Assembly: GCA_045863235.1 (NCBI GenBank)
Contig: BTUM01000099.1
Coordinates: 1 to 27,770 of the forward strand
Length of the DNA stretch: 27,770 nt
Origin: Candidatus Xenobia bacterium
Lineage (GTDB): Bacteria > Vulcanimicrobiota > Xenobia > Xenobiales > QWHO01
Reading direction: 5' to 3'
A program made the translations under genes and the position numbers. The notes under the pieces were generated by a model. The model was not told where the DNA came from. It did not search any database and saw nothing but the letters and a program-made list of their open reading frames with translations. Shown here one piece after another: positions 1-7,117 of this stretch. Position 1 is the first letter of the stretch; the number at the start of each line of letters is the position of its first letter.

Positions 1-2
1 AG

Positions 3-80
3 GCGGGGGAGCTTCGTTTCGAGCGGGCCGGCGAGGTCTTGCTGGGGGAGATGCGCGCGCCCTCGAACCGGGCCCCGTAG
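3..80 (+). CDS. Possible C-terminal fragment of an upstream gene (partial; ...AGELRFERAGEVLLGEMRAPSNRAP*)
   Basis: Open frame from the window edge to TAG at 78-80 with GC-rich third positions. Too short to identify. Confidence 0.35.
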   Translation, partial: AGELRFERAGEVLLGEMRAPSNRAP

Positions 81-229
81 CTTGCCGCGCGCGTCAGAAA
101 ATGTCGTCCGGCCAGAGCCGCGGGGTCTCGAGTCCAGGAAGCGCTCAGAGAGGGCCAGATGAATCCTATTGAGTCGGAATGTTAACCGGATTCCAGATCC
201 TTTTGGATTCGACCCGACAAACTCATGGC

Positions 230-2371
230 ATGCGCATCGAGCCCACGAGCCAACAGACCCTCAGGCTGACCGCTCCCCGGTCCGGAAACGCGACGGTCCC
301 AGTCGACTGGTTTGAAGGGAGTCCCGAAGAGCTGCCGGCCCGGCCGGACGTTTCCGCGGTCCCGCCGCCTCGCCTCCTCGAGCTCGGTCTCTCCAGCGAG
401 CAGGCCTGCGCCGTCTGGGACAGGTTGCGGGCCGGCCCTCATCCCAGGGAATCCCTGGAGCTGTATGCGATCTCTCGAGATGCCGAGCAGGCGATGCGCG
501 ACGCAGCCTTCGTCGTCAGCCGGGACCCTGACGCGCTGGGATACATGGCCGAGTTGCTGAAAGCCACGGGCTCCTCGCGCGAAGCCCGACTGGCCCTGGC
601 CGCCAGCGGAGGAAAGCGCTCGGAGACATTGCTGGAGGCGCTCCGGATCGCGGGGAGCTTCCACCAGGCGCGACCGTTGTGGCAGAGACTGGCCTCCCGG
701 CCTGCCGAGGAAGCCCGCCAGCGCCTGGCAGGCCTGGACGATCTTCCAGCCCCTCTGCGCGTCCGTTTCCTGGCCGAGCAACTGGAGCGACCCCTGCCGC
801 CCGAGACCCTCGGTCAGTTTCGTCAGCTCGTGGGACCGCTCTACCGGCTGACCTGGACCGGCGGCGAAGGCTGGCGCCGCGAAAGCGGAAGCTGGACCTA
901 CCGCGGCGGAGGGGGGGCCCTGGAATCCAGCCCGATGGAGCTGCCCGCGGCCCAGTGCAAACTGAGCTGGTCCAGCAACTGCAATCTCGCCGACCAGTCG
1001 AGCATGAGCCTGGAGGTCCGGTGCGTGGGGGGCGAGTGGAAATCGATCTCGTTCGTGCAGGGAGAGGGCGAGCTGGTCCGCGAGCCGGACTTACGCGAGT
1101 GGGAAGGCCGCAAGGTTCAATTCCGGCTGCGGCCCTCGGCGCCCAGGCTGCGCCTTCCCGCCCACTACGTCCTGGGAGCCGTGAAGCTCTCGGAGCGGCC
1201 CGCCGGGCCGGCCCAGGTCCTCCAGGGGGGGCGGGACTGGAACGCGCTCCCCGTCCCTGGCTACCTGGAGGTCGTGTCAAAGCCGCTGGATCTCGATCCG
1301 GCCAACCCGAGCGAGATGCAGCTCTCGCTGGTCATGACCGGCCAGGACATGGTGCTGGAGGTGGAGGGAAGCTCGCTCACCCGCGAGCTGCTCAGGTTTG
1401 CGGCCGCCTACCAGCCACGCCTGGAAGAGCAAAGCCTGGACCTTGGGGCCTTCCGGGGAGAGCGCGTGAGCTTCCGCTTTCGGGCCACGGCCCCCGCCAC
1501 CTTGAACCTGATGAACACGGTCATCCGGGCGCGGCCGGCCGCTCCCGCGGGCGCCACCCAGACCACCCTGTACGAGCCCGGAGGCCTGTCCTGGGACGAC
1601 GCCGGCCGCCTCTTGAACCTGGTCTACCGGGAGGGTGACGCCGTCCTGGCCGAGGTGGCCCGACTCATTCCCCTGCTGGGAAGCCTGGAGACGGCCTGCC
1701 AGGTGCGCGAGCAACTCCCGAGCGATACGCGTCCCGGCGACCTGGAGGATCGAGCACTCGCGTGCGCGGCCCTGCTCGAGCAAGGTCCGGAGCGCCTGGG
1801 GTGGCTCCGAAGCGAGGTCGAGCCGGGAGAACGCTGGCTCCCCTCGGCCCGGTTGCTGACGCAACGGACCGCGGAAGAATGGCGGACCCTGCGCCGGCGG
1901 GTCCGCGCCGAGGGCAGCGAGCTCGAGCTCGACGCTTGCCTCGAGTTCGTGGCCGAGGAAGGCGAGGAGGCCTGGAACACGGCGGCTCCCCCTCTGCGCG
2001 ACGAACCACTGAGCCAGCGCCTGCAAGCCTATCGCGAGCTGGCCGCCAACTCGAAGCAGGCTCAGAGTCTCTTCGCGACGCTCGGGGACGCTCTCGGCCC
2101 GGAGGACGATTTCCGCGAGACGATGCGGGCCGGGGCGGCGTTCGCGGGAGTGGCGGGTCCTCGGCTCGACTGCTCTACCTTACGCCGGATCGTGGAAAGT
2201 CGGGGGGCACAGCCCTTGCTGGCGGTTCTCCAGAGTCTCAGCCAGGCGCTTCTGCTTCGCCCCGACCAGACCCTGGAGCAAGCCGCGCTCGCCCTGACTC
2301 AGGGAGGCGTCCAGGAACGGGAGGACCGGGTGATCATCGCAGGCGTCTCGCTCCGACGTCGATCGCGATGA
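230..2371 (+). CDS. Hypothetical protein (~713 aa): helical regions flanking two tandem MAM/immune-inhibitor-A-like beta-sandwich repeats
   Basis: Long ORF (track 179..2371) with high-GC codon usage; ATG 230 (MRIEPTSQ) preferred over 179. Two repeats end in DLREWEGRKVQFRLR and DLGAFRGERVSFRFR. C-terminus is GGVQEREDRVIIAGVSLRRRSR. Confidence 0.75.
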   Translation: MRIEPTSQQTLRLTAPRSGNATVPVDWFEGSPEELPARPDVSAVPPPRLLELGLSSEQACAVWDRLRAGPHPRESLELYAISRDAEQAMRDAAFVVSRDPDALGYMAELLKATGSSREARLALAASGGKRSETLLEALRIAGSFHQARPLWQRLASRPAEEARQRLAGLDDLPAPLRVRFLAEQLERPLPPETLGQFRQLVGPLYRLTWTGGEGWRRESGSWTYRGGGGALESSPMELPAAQCKLSWSSNCNLADQSSMSLEVRCVGGEWKSISFVQGEGELVREPDLREWEGRKVQFRLRPSAPRLRLPAHYVLGAVKLSERPAGPAQVLQGGRDWNALPVPGYLEVVSKPLDLDPANPSEMQLSLVMTGQDMVLEVEGSSLTRELLRFAAAYQPRLEEQSLDLGAFRGERVSFRFRATAPATLNLMNTVIRARPAAPAGATQTTLYEPGGLSWDDAGRLLNLVYREGDAVLAEVARLIPLLGSLETACQVREQLPSDTRPGDLEDRALACAALLEQGPERLGWLRSEVEPGERWLPSARLLTQRTAEEWRTLRRRVRAEGSELELDACLEFVAEEGEEAWNTAAPPLRDEPLSQRLQAYRELAANSKQAQSLFATLGDALGPEDDFRETMRAGAAFAGVAGPRLDCSTLRRIVESRGAQPLLAVLQSLSQALLLRPDQTLEQAALALTQGGVQEREDRVIIAGVSLRRRSR

Positions 2372-2388
2372 TCGCCAGTGATTGCAGC

Positions 2389-2417
2389 TTGCAAATGAGG
2401 GGTTTCTCTGTCATACT
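2389..2417 (+). promoter_or_regulatory. Sigma70-type promoter, probably leaderless, for the pilin cassette
   Basis: TTGCAA (2389-2394), 17 nt, extended -10 TG-T-CATACT (CATACT 2412-2417), 6 nt, GTG at 2424. No SD present. Confidence 0.65.
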
Positions 2418-2423
2418 GTCTGT

Positions 2424-4169
2424 GTGAGAAGGAAATCCGGAATCGCGCTTGTCACCATCCTGCTCTTTACTCCCATCTTGATCATCATGATGGTCGGCCT
2501 CTACCTGAGCGTTCGGCAGAGCCTCCTGGTCACCCAGGGGGAGTTGGCTCGAACTCAAGCTCTCTATCTGGCCGAGATCGGGCTGGCAGACTCCATGGTA
2601 CAGCTCGACAACGATCCACTCTGGACGGCTGGCTTCACGAACAAGACCGTTCCTGGCACGCCCGGCAGCTATACCGTGCGCTTCAACACCAATGCAGCAG
2701 GCCCGTTCTCCCCGGACGACTCGGTCAACAACAGCGACGGGGCTCATCCTAATAACTTCTTCGGACCGGTTCCCTCGGGTCACATCCAGGTCGTGGTGGT
2801 GGCGCGAGTGGGCCCCATCGAGCGCAAGCTGGAGGCTCTCCTCCGAATGGGAGGCTCGCTCGGAGATCTCGACCTGCCCTTGCTCACGAGCGGCAAAATC
2901 AAGTTGAACGGCGACGTTCTGGTCAACGGGGTCAAGAGCCTGGTAGACTCGACCAGCGTGGCTGGCGACATGCACTCCAATTTGAGCCAGGCCAGCCCGG
3001 ACCTGATCACCTGGACCCCGAATGGGGGCAGCGCCCTCATCACCGGCAAAGTCTCCTCATCCGGCACCGATGCCGGGGCCATTGACCTCAACGGCTACAA
3101 TCCGGTCGGTGGTACCCAGACCAGCTCTGCGCCCAAGGCCATTCCCCCGGTGAATATCCTGGGAACGATCGCCGGAAAGTCAGGAGCCAGCCAACCTGTC
3201 TTCATTCCCGGACCCAACACCCTGGCCACGGGCGACTGGTATGTCCCGGGCGATGTGACGGTCAACGGAGATCTTGTCCTCGATGGGGCCAAGTTGCACG
3301 TGAACGGGACGCTTACGGTCAACGGATCGATCACAGGAGAGGGCTCGGTCTATATCGCTGGCGAAACCCACTTCAAGGGAGACTCCAACATCACCGCTTC
3401 TTCCCCCGACAAGACTGCAATCTACTCCAACGGAAGCGTCTTCCTGACCGGGTTTGACGGCACCGCCTACCTCAATGCCGTGGCCGTGTCCGACCCCGCT
3501 CTGGGAACCGCCTGGAACAATGTGAAAACCTCCCTGACGGACCTGCGTACCGAGATGGTGACACCGGGGGGAAAGACCGGACGCAACGCCCTTCTCGACA
3601 ACATCAGGGCTGAGTTGGGGCGAGGCGGCGGGGATAATCCCAGGCCCGGCCATTCGCTCTATCAACTGGGCACGTTGCGAGCGCGGCTGAGCGCCCAGGC
3701 CCCCTCTCCTTCGCGCGACTTCATGCTCAGAAAGATTCAGAACCTTGAATCAGATTTCGACTATCTGATGCCGGCCCAGGAGGTCACCGCAATCAGTGCC
3801 TTCTCCAACGGCCAGGTTGTCAACGGTGCCTTCGATGCCGTCTTTGACAACAACGTGCTGGGCGAAATCCCCAAGATCCTTTCTTATGTCGACCAGATCG
3901 ACTACAACCGGATTGGAAATTCCTACTTTCAGGGAATTCTTTACACCCACGGGTTCGTCTACGCCGACAACGAGGTCACCGTGCTCGGTGCCGCGGTATC
4001 CCGCGACAACAACACCCAGTCGACCCAGACCATCGGCGCCCAGACGCTCGATCCTGGGGATGTCTACTTTGGCAACCGAACCCGGCTGACCTATGTCGAG
4101 GATTTCTTCCAGGGTGGCGGCGGTCCCGGCTCAGGAGCCATGCAGGTTGTGGTCTGGATGGGCCGATAA
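2424..4169 (+). CDS. PilX/PilK-like minor pilin (pilus assembly PilX N-terminal domain plus beta-rich C-terminal region)
   Basis: N-terminus RRKSG|IALVTILLFTPILIIMMVGLYL is a class III-like signal lacking Glu5, followed by the PilX-typical QALYLAEIGL. G/N/V/T-rich beta repeats follow (GDVTVNGDL, NGTLTVNGSI). Start moved from TTG 2382 to GTG 2424. Confidence 0.8.
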   Translation: MRRKSGIALVTILLFTPILIIMMVGLYLSVRQSLLVTQGELARTQALYLAEIGLADSMVQLDNDPLWTAGFTNKTVPGTPGSYTVRFNTNAAGPFSPDDSVNNSDGAHPNNFFGPVPSGHIQVVVVARVGPIERKLEALLRMGGSLGDLDLPLLTSGKIKLNGDVLVNGVKSLVDSTSVAGDMHSNLSQASPDLITWTPNGGSALITGKVSSSGTDAGAIDLNGYNPVGGTQTSSAPKAIPPVNILGTIAGKSGASQPVFIPGPNTLATGDWYVPGDVTVNGDLVLDGAKLHVNGTLTVNGSITGEGSVYIAGETHFKGDSNITASSPDKTAIYSNGSVFLTGFDGTAYLNAVAVSDPALGTAWNNVKTSLTDLRTEMVTPGGKTGRNALLDNIRAELGRGGGDNPRPGHSLYQLGTLRARLSAQAPSPSRDFMLRKIQNLESDFDYLMPAQEVTAISAFSNGQVVNGAFDAVFDNNVLGEIPKILSYVDQIDYNRIGNSYFQGILYTHGFVYADNEVTVLGAAVSRDNNTQSTQTIGAQTLDPGDVYFGNRTRLTYVEDFFQGGGGPGSGAMQVVVWMGR

Positions 4170-4581
4170 CCTGAAGCATCCTGGCGGTCTTGCACTCATG
4201 GAGGTGGTCCTGGCGATCGGCATTCTGGCCACGACCGCGCTGGCGATTTTGAGCGTATTCGTGGCCGGGGTCCAGATGTCGGCCCAATCGGGTCGGGTCA
4301 CCATGTCTACCGAGGTGGGACGGGAATTCATCGAGACGGTGAAGTCCAGAGGATACACTTTGATGGCGCCGGGCAACTATGACGGGCGAGTCAGCGATCC
4401 AGTCGACCCCCCCACCGGCTTTCCACCCGCACCCTATCCGCGAGTTCGGGTGGACAATCGAGATTTTGACCTGGTGGTGCGTTGCAGTCAGATCGCTCCC
4501 CTGGTCAAGGAGGTTGAAGTCGAGGTGCACACGGCCGGAGCTCTAGCGCCAGTGAGATTGAAGACTTGGCTGCATCAGTAA
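4147..4581 (+). CDS. Type IV pilin/T2SS pseudopilin-like protein (PilV/GspI-like)
   Basis: Prepilin motif G|LALMEVVLAIGILATTALAILSVF with Glu5. TTG 4147 has AGGAG at 4133-4137; start is uncertain (track start 4093). Confidence 0.8.
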   Translation: MWSGWADNLKHPGGLALMEVVLAIGILATTALAILSVFVAGVQMSAQSGRVTMSTEVGREFIETVKSRGYTLMAPGNYDGRVSDPVDPPTGFPPAPYPRVRVDNRDFDLVVRCSQIAPLVKEVEVEVHTAGALAPVRLKTWLHQ

Positions 4582-5168
4582 GAAGGGGTATGACCCTCCT
4601 GGAGATGATGGTCAGCATGGCCATCCTCGGACTGTTGTTCACTGCTGTGTTCTTCATCTACCGAATGGGAGCCAGTGCCTGGCAGAAAGGCATCACCCAG
4701 AGCGACCTGCAGCAGGGCGTGCATGTGGCCAAGGCGCAGCTCACCCGCGAGCTCGAACGCAGCACCTACGACAGTTTGAGCGTTGAGCCCCGGGGAATCT
4801 CTTTTCTTTCACCCGTGGACGCCAACGGCCGGTTTCAAGTCGACCCTGTGGCTCTCAAGCCCCGTTGGCAGAAGTACGTCATCCTCTACCACGAACCCGC
4901 AACTCGTTCGCTGATGTGGCGCGAGGAGAGCATTCTCGGGTCCCCCCAGGAGCTGACCCCGGGCCCCATCGAGACCTGGGGGCCGGCCCAGCCCCTGAGC
5001 AGCTACTTCAATGGCGGCCGCGCCCTGGCGCGCGAGATCGATAGCTGCACTTTCGCGGTCACCCCCGACAGGGTGGTCTCTTTCCTCTGGTCCGGTCAGA
5101 AGAAACGGTACGGAAGCGAGACGCCCGAGAAGCTCACCATTCGCAGCGCGGTGGGATTTCGAAACTAG
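4566..5168 (+). CDS. Prepilin N-terminal cleavage/methylation domain protein (PilW/GspJ-like)
   Basis: RRG|MTLLEMMVSMAILGLLFTAVFFIY is a class III signal peptide with Glu5. Overlaps the previous gene. Confidence 0.85.
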   Translation: MAASVRRGMTLLEMMVSMAILGLLFTAVFFIYRMGASAWQKGITQSDLQQGVHVAKAQLTRELERSTYDSLSVEPRGISFLSPVDANGRFQVDPVALKPRWQKYVILYHEPATRSLMWREESILGSPQELTPGPIETWGPAQPLSSYFNGGRALAREIDSCTFAVTPDRVVSFLWSGQKKRYGSETPEKLTIRSAVGFRN

Positions 5169-5201
5169 CAGTCCTCGCAGAGGGCTTTTGCATCACCCTG
5201 C
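5165..5201. repeat. Internally deleted copy of the palindromic element at 13460-13512
   Basis: 5171-5201 GTCCTCGCAGAGGGCTTTTGCATCACCCTGC matches 13479-13509 at 29/31. Both copies begin CTAGCAG overlapping a TAG stop. Confidence 0.8.
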
Positions 5202-5227
5202 GCTCAACAGATTGCCTACACAATATC

Positions 5228-5268
5228 TTGTGGTGGCGGAGCTCTGCTTCGCCACCACAACCGGTTTT
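5228..5268 (+). terminator. 15-bp hairpin (terminator or REP-like) after the pilin cassette
   Basis: TTGTGGTGGCGGAGC-TCT-GCTTCGCCACCACAA (one G-U pair), followed by CCGGTTTT. Confidence 0.55.
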
Positions 5269-5341
5269 GGGAGTTGGCCGCTCACAGATGGATACGTCAT
5301 CGAGTCCGCCAAACAAGCCGCCAGGATGCCGAGACGGCCGT

Positions 5342-5393
5342 TTGACGCCACCGGGACTCCCAGACTATACTTGGACCAGTTGAATCGACCAGT
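5342..5393 (+). promoter_or_regulatory. Sigma70 promoter of the TA operon with a candidate operator
   Basis: TTGACG (5342-5347), 18 nt, TATACT (5366-5371). Direct repeat GACCAGT at 5374-5380 and 5387-5393 spans the expected start site. Confidence 0.65.
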
Positions 5394-5405
5394 CAAGGAG
5401 CCGAC

Positions 5406-5651
5406 TTGCGCGAAATCCAGGCGTCCGAAGCCAAGACTCATCTCCCCCAGATTCTCGACGACGTGGAACGGGGTGAAACCGTGATCATCACTCGCCACGG
5501 ACGCCCCATTGCGCGTCTGGTTCCCGAGGCGGCCTTGCGCCGTGACGAGATCGAGTCGGCCATCGAGAGTCTCATCGCTCTGCGAAAGCGCACCGGCAAG
5601 ATCAGTGTGAAAGACCTCCTCTCTGCTCGGGACGAAGGCCGAGAATCCTGA
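5406..5651 (+). CDS. Type II antitoxin, Phd/YefM (prevent-host-death) family
   Basis: EAKTHLPQILDDVERGETVIITRHGRPIARLVP is the Phd/YefM signature. SD AAGGAG at 5395-5400 precedes the TTG start. Confidence 0.93.
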   Translation: MREIQASEAKTHLPQILDDVERGETVIITRHGRPIARLVPEAALRRDEIESAIESLIALRKRTGKISVKDLLSARDEGRES

Positions 5652-6049
5652 TGCCCTTCGTCCTCGATGCCTCGGTGGCCGCGTGCTGGGCCTTTGACGA
5701 CGAAGACCATCCCCTCGCTGGTCGCGCTCTCGACCGATTGCGTGACGACAGTGCCCTGGCACCAACCCTGTGGTGGTTCGAGGTCCGGAATATCCTGATC
5801 GTCAATGAGCGCCGGGGCAGGCTCAAGGAAACTGACACCGCCAGCTTCTTGCGGGCGTTGTCCCGCCTGCCGGTAGCCCTGGACCACTCGCCTCGGGAAG
5901 AGACCACACTGATCCTGGCTCGCAAGCACCGACTTTCCGTCTACGATGCGAGCTACCTGGAGCTGGCTCGGCGCGAAGGCCTGGCACTGGCCACGCTGGA
6001 CGGCGAACTGGCTCGAGCGGCCCGCAAAGAGGGAACCCCCCTGCTGTAA
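5651..6049 (+). CDS. vapC: Type II toxin, VapC family PIN-domain ribonuclease
   Basis: PIN acidic motifs VLDASV, FEVRN, SVYDASYLELA, LATLD. TGATG overlap with the antitoxin. Confidence 0.93.
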   Translation: MPFVLDASVAACWAFDDEDHPLAGRALDRLRDDSALAPTLWWFEVRNILIVNERRGRLKETDTASFLRALSRLPVALDHSPREETTLILARKHRLSVYDASYLELARREGLALATLDGELARAARKEGTPLL

Positions 6050-6081
6050 GTCAACTGCCGCGTCAAGGTGGCGCATTCTGC

Positions 6082-6110
6082 TTGTCAGCCAGCCAGATCT
6101 GCGGTAGAAT
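6082..6110 (+). promoter_or_regulatory. Near-consensus sigma70 promoter for the leader peptide/hypothetical gene unit
   Basis: TTGTCA (6082-6087), 17 nt, TAGAAT (6105-6110); each box 5/6 to consensus. Confidence 0.75.
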
Positions 6111-6147
6111 AGCGCTCAGTCCCCGATCAAACAAGGAGCGCCATCCC

Positions 6148-6243
6148 ATGCTCAGGATCAATCGCAGCGGTTTCCCGGTGAACCGGCCGAGTGGCCAGGT
6201 TCCGACCGGTCATGCCCGCGAGGAGGGACGCCCGCTCCGGTAA
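6148..6243 (+). CDS. Putative leader peptide, 31 aa (MLRINRSGFPVNRPSGQVPTGHAREEGRPLR)
   Basis: SD AAGGAG at 6133-6138, ATG 6148, TAA 6241-6243. Lies between a promoter and a terminator. Below the ORF-track size cutoff. Confidence 0.65.
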   Translation: MLRINRSGFPVNRPSGQVPTGHAREEGRPLR

Positions 6244-6308
6244 GCTGTTCCGGCATACTGACAGCGCTTGCGCCCGCCTCGCCCGACGAGGTGGGCGCTT
6301 CTTGTTTT
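6218..6308 (+). promoter_or_regulatory. Transcription attenuator: antiterminator strand (6218-6231) and intrinsic terminator (6270-6308)
   Basis: Terminator GCGCCCGCCTCG-CCCGA-CGAGGTGGGCGC-TTCTTGTTTT. GCGAGGAGGGACGC in the leader ORF can pair with GCGCCCGCCTCGC (6270-6282) with one mismatch and one bulge. Confidence 0.7.
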
Positions 6309-6338
6309 CGGGGACAATCTGGTATCAGGAGAAAATCG

Positions 6339-7112
6339 ATGTCACACGCAGTTCTCGAGCGCGGCTTCGAGCGCATGGGCGCCCGGCTGCGCGTGCTGGA
6401 AACTCCCCGGGGGAGTTTCACTCTGGATGTGCGCGATGGGGTCTTCGAGCTCGCTCTCGGCTCCGAGAGCGAGGCGCAGCCCCTGGTCGTGGATGTCCGC
6501 CCCGAGATGCGGCACCTCTTGCTGTTGGTGCGCGACGGAACGGCCAAGCACAAGTTCTTGTGCGGGCACGACGAGCGCCACTGGTTCGCAGCCGCGGTGC
6601 CGAACGACCAGGGCGTTCAGTCCGTTCCGGCCGCGATGGAGGCTCTCAAGCCTGCCCTCGTACGCCGCGAGCAGAGCGCTCGCCAGCTCAGGTCGCGTCA
6701 TCGGATGCGACGCAAGAATGAAGTCTACGTCCGTCAGGGCGAGTGGTTCTTCTTGCCCGTGCCCGACATGACCGATCCCCCGCAGCTGCTCCGCAACGAG
6801 CAGCTGAGTCGCGGAAACGGCGGCAAACCTCACATCGCGGAGTTCTGCCACCGGTCCGGCGGTCACCGGGTCTATGTCTGTCGCCAGTTCCCTGGCGGTC
6901 TGCGGGAGGCGGAGTATCAGGCTCTGCTGCAGCGCCGACCTTTCAGCGACAGGTGGCGGTGGGAGGTGCGCACGGCCAACGCCGAGGTCTTTGTGCGCGG
7001 GACGGTTCGCCATCCCGATCACAAGACGATTCGGTTGCGGTGCTGGCACCGCGTCAGGATGAACCGCGAGGCTGAGGCTCCCAGCCGGAGGCAGCTGGTG
7101 TTCCTCGACTGA
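6339..7112 (+). CDS. Hypothetical protein (257 aa), Arg-rich with His/Cys motifs
   Basis: SD AGGAG at 6327-6331, ATG 6339. Motifs FLCGHDERHWF, RQGEWFF, GKPH, VRHPDHKTI, WHRV..NRE. Followed by a terminator. Confidence 0.85.
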   Translation: MSHAVLERGFERMGARLRVLETPRGSFTLDVRDGVFELALGSESEAQPLVVDVRPEMRHLLLLVRDGTAKHKFLCGHDERHWFAAAVPNDQGVQSVPAAMEALKPALVRREQSARQLRSRHRMRRKNEVYVRQGEWFFLPVPDMTDPPQLLRNEQLSRGNGGKPHIAEFCHRSGGHRVYVCRQFPGGLREAEYQALLQRRPFSDRWRWEVRTANAEVFVRGTVRHPDHKTIRLRCWHRVRMNREAEAPSRRQLVFLD

Positions 7113-7117
7113 ACGAT

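Noticed and set aside
192..229. Possible sigma28-like promoter (CCCGACAA at 213-220) just before ATG 230
   Set aside because: Two mismatches to GCCGATAA and no convincing -35 at the right spacing.
4162..4169. Perfect sigma28 -10 sequence GCCGATAA
   Set aside because: It coincides with the Gly-Arg-stop codons of the PilX-like gene and has no TAAA-like -35.
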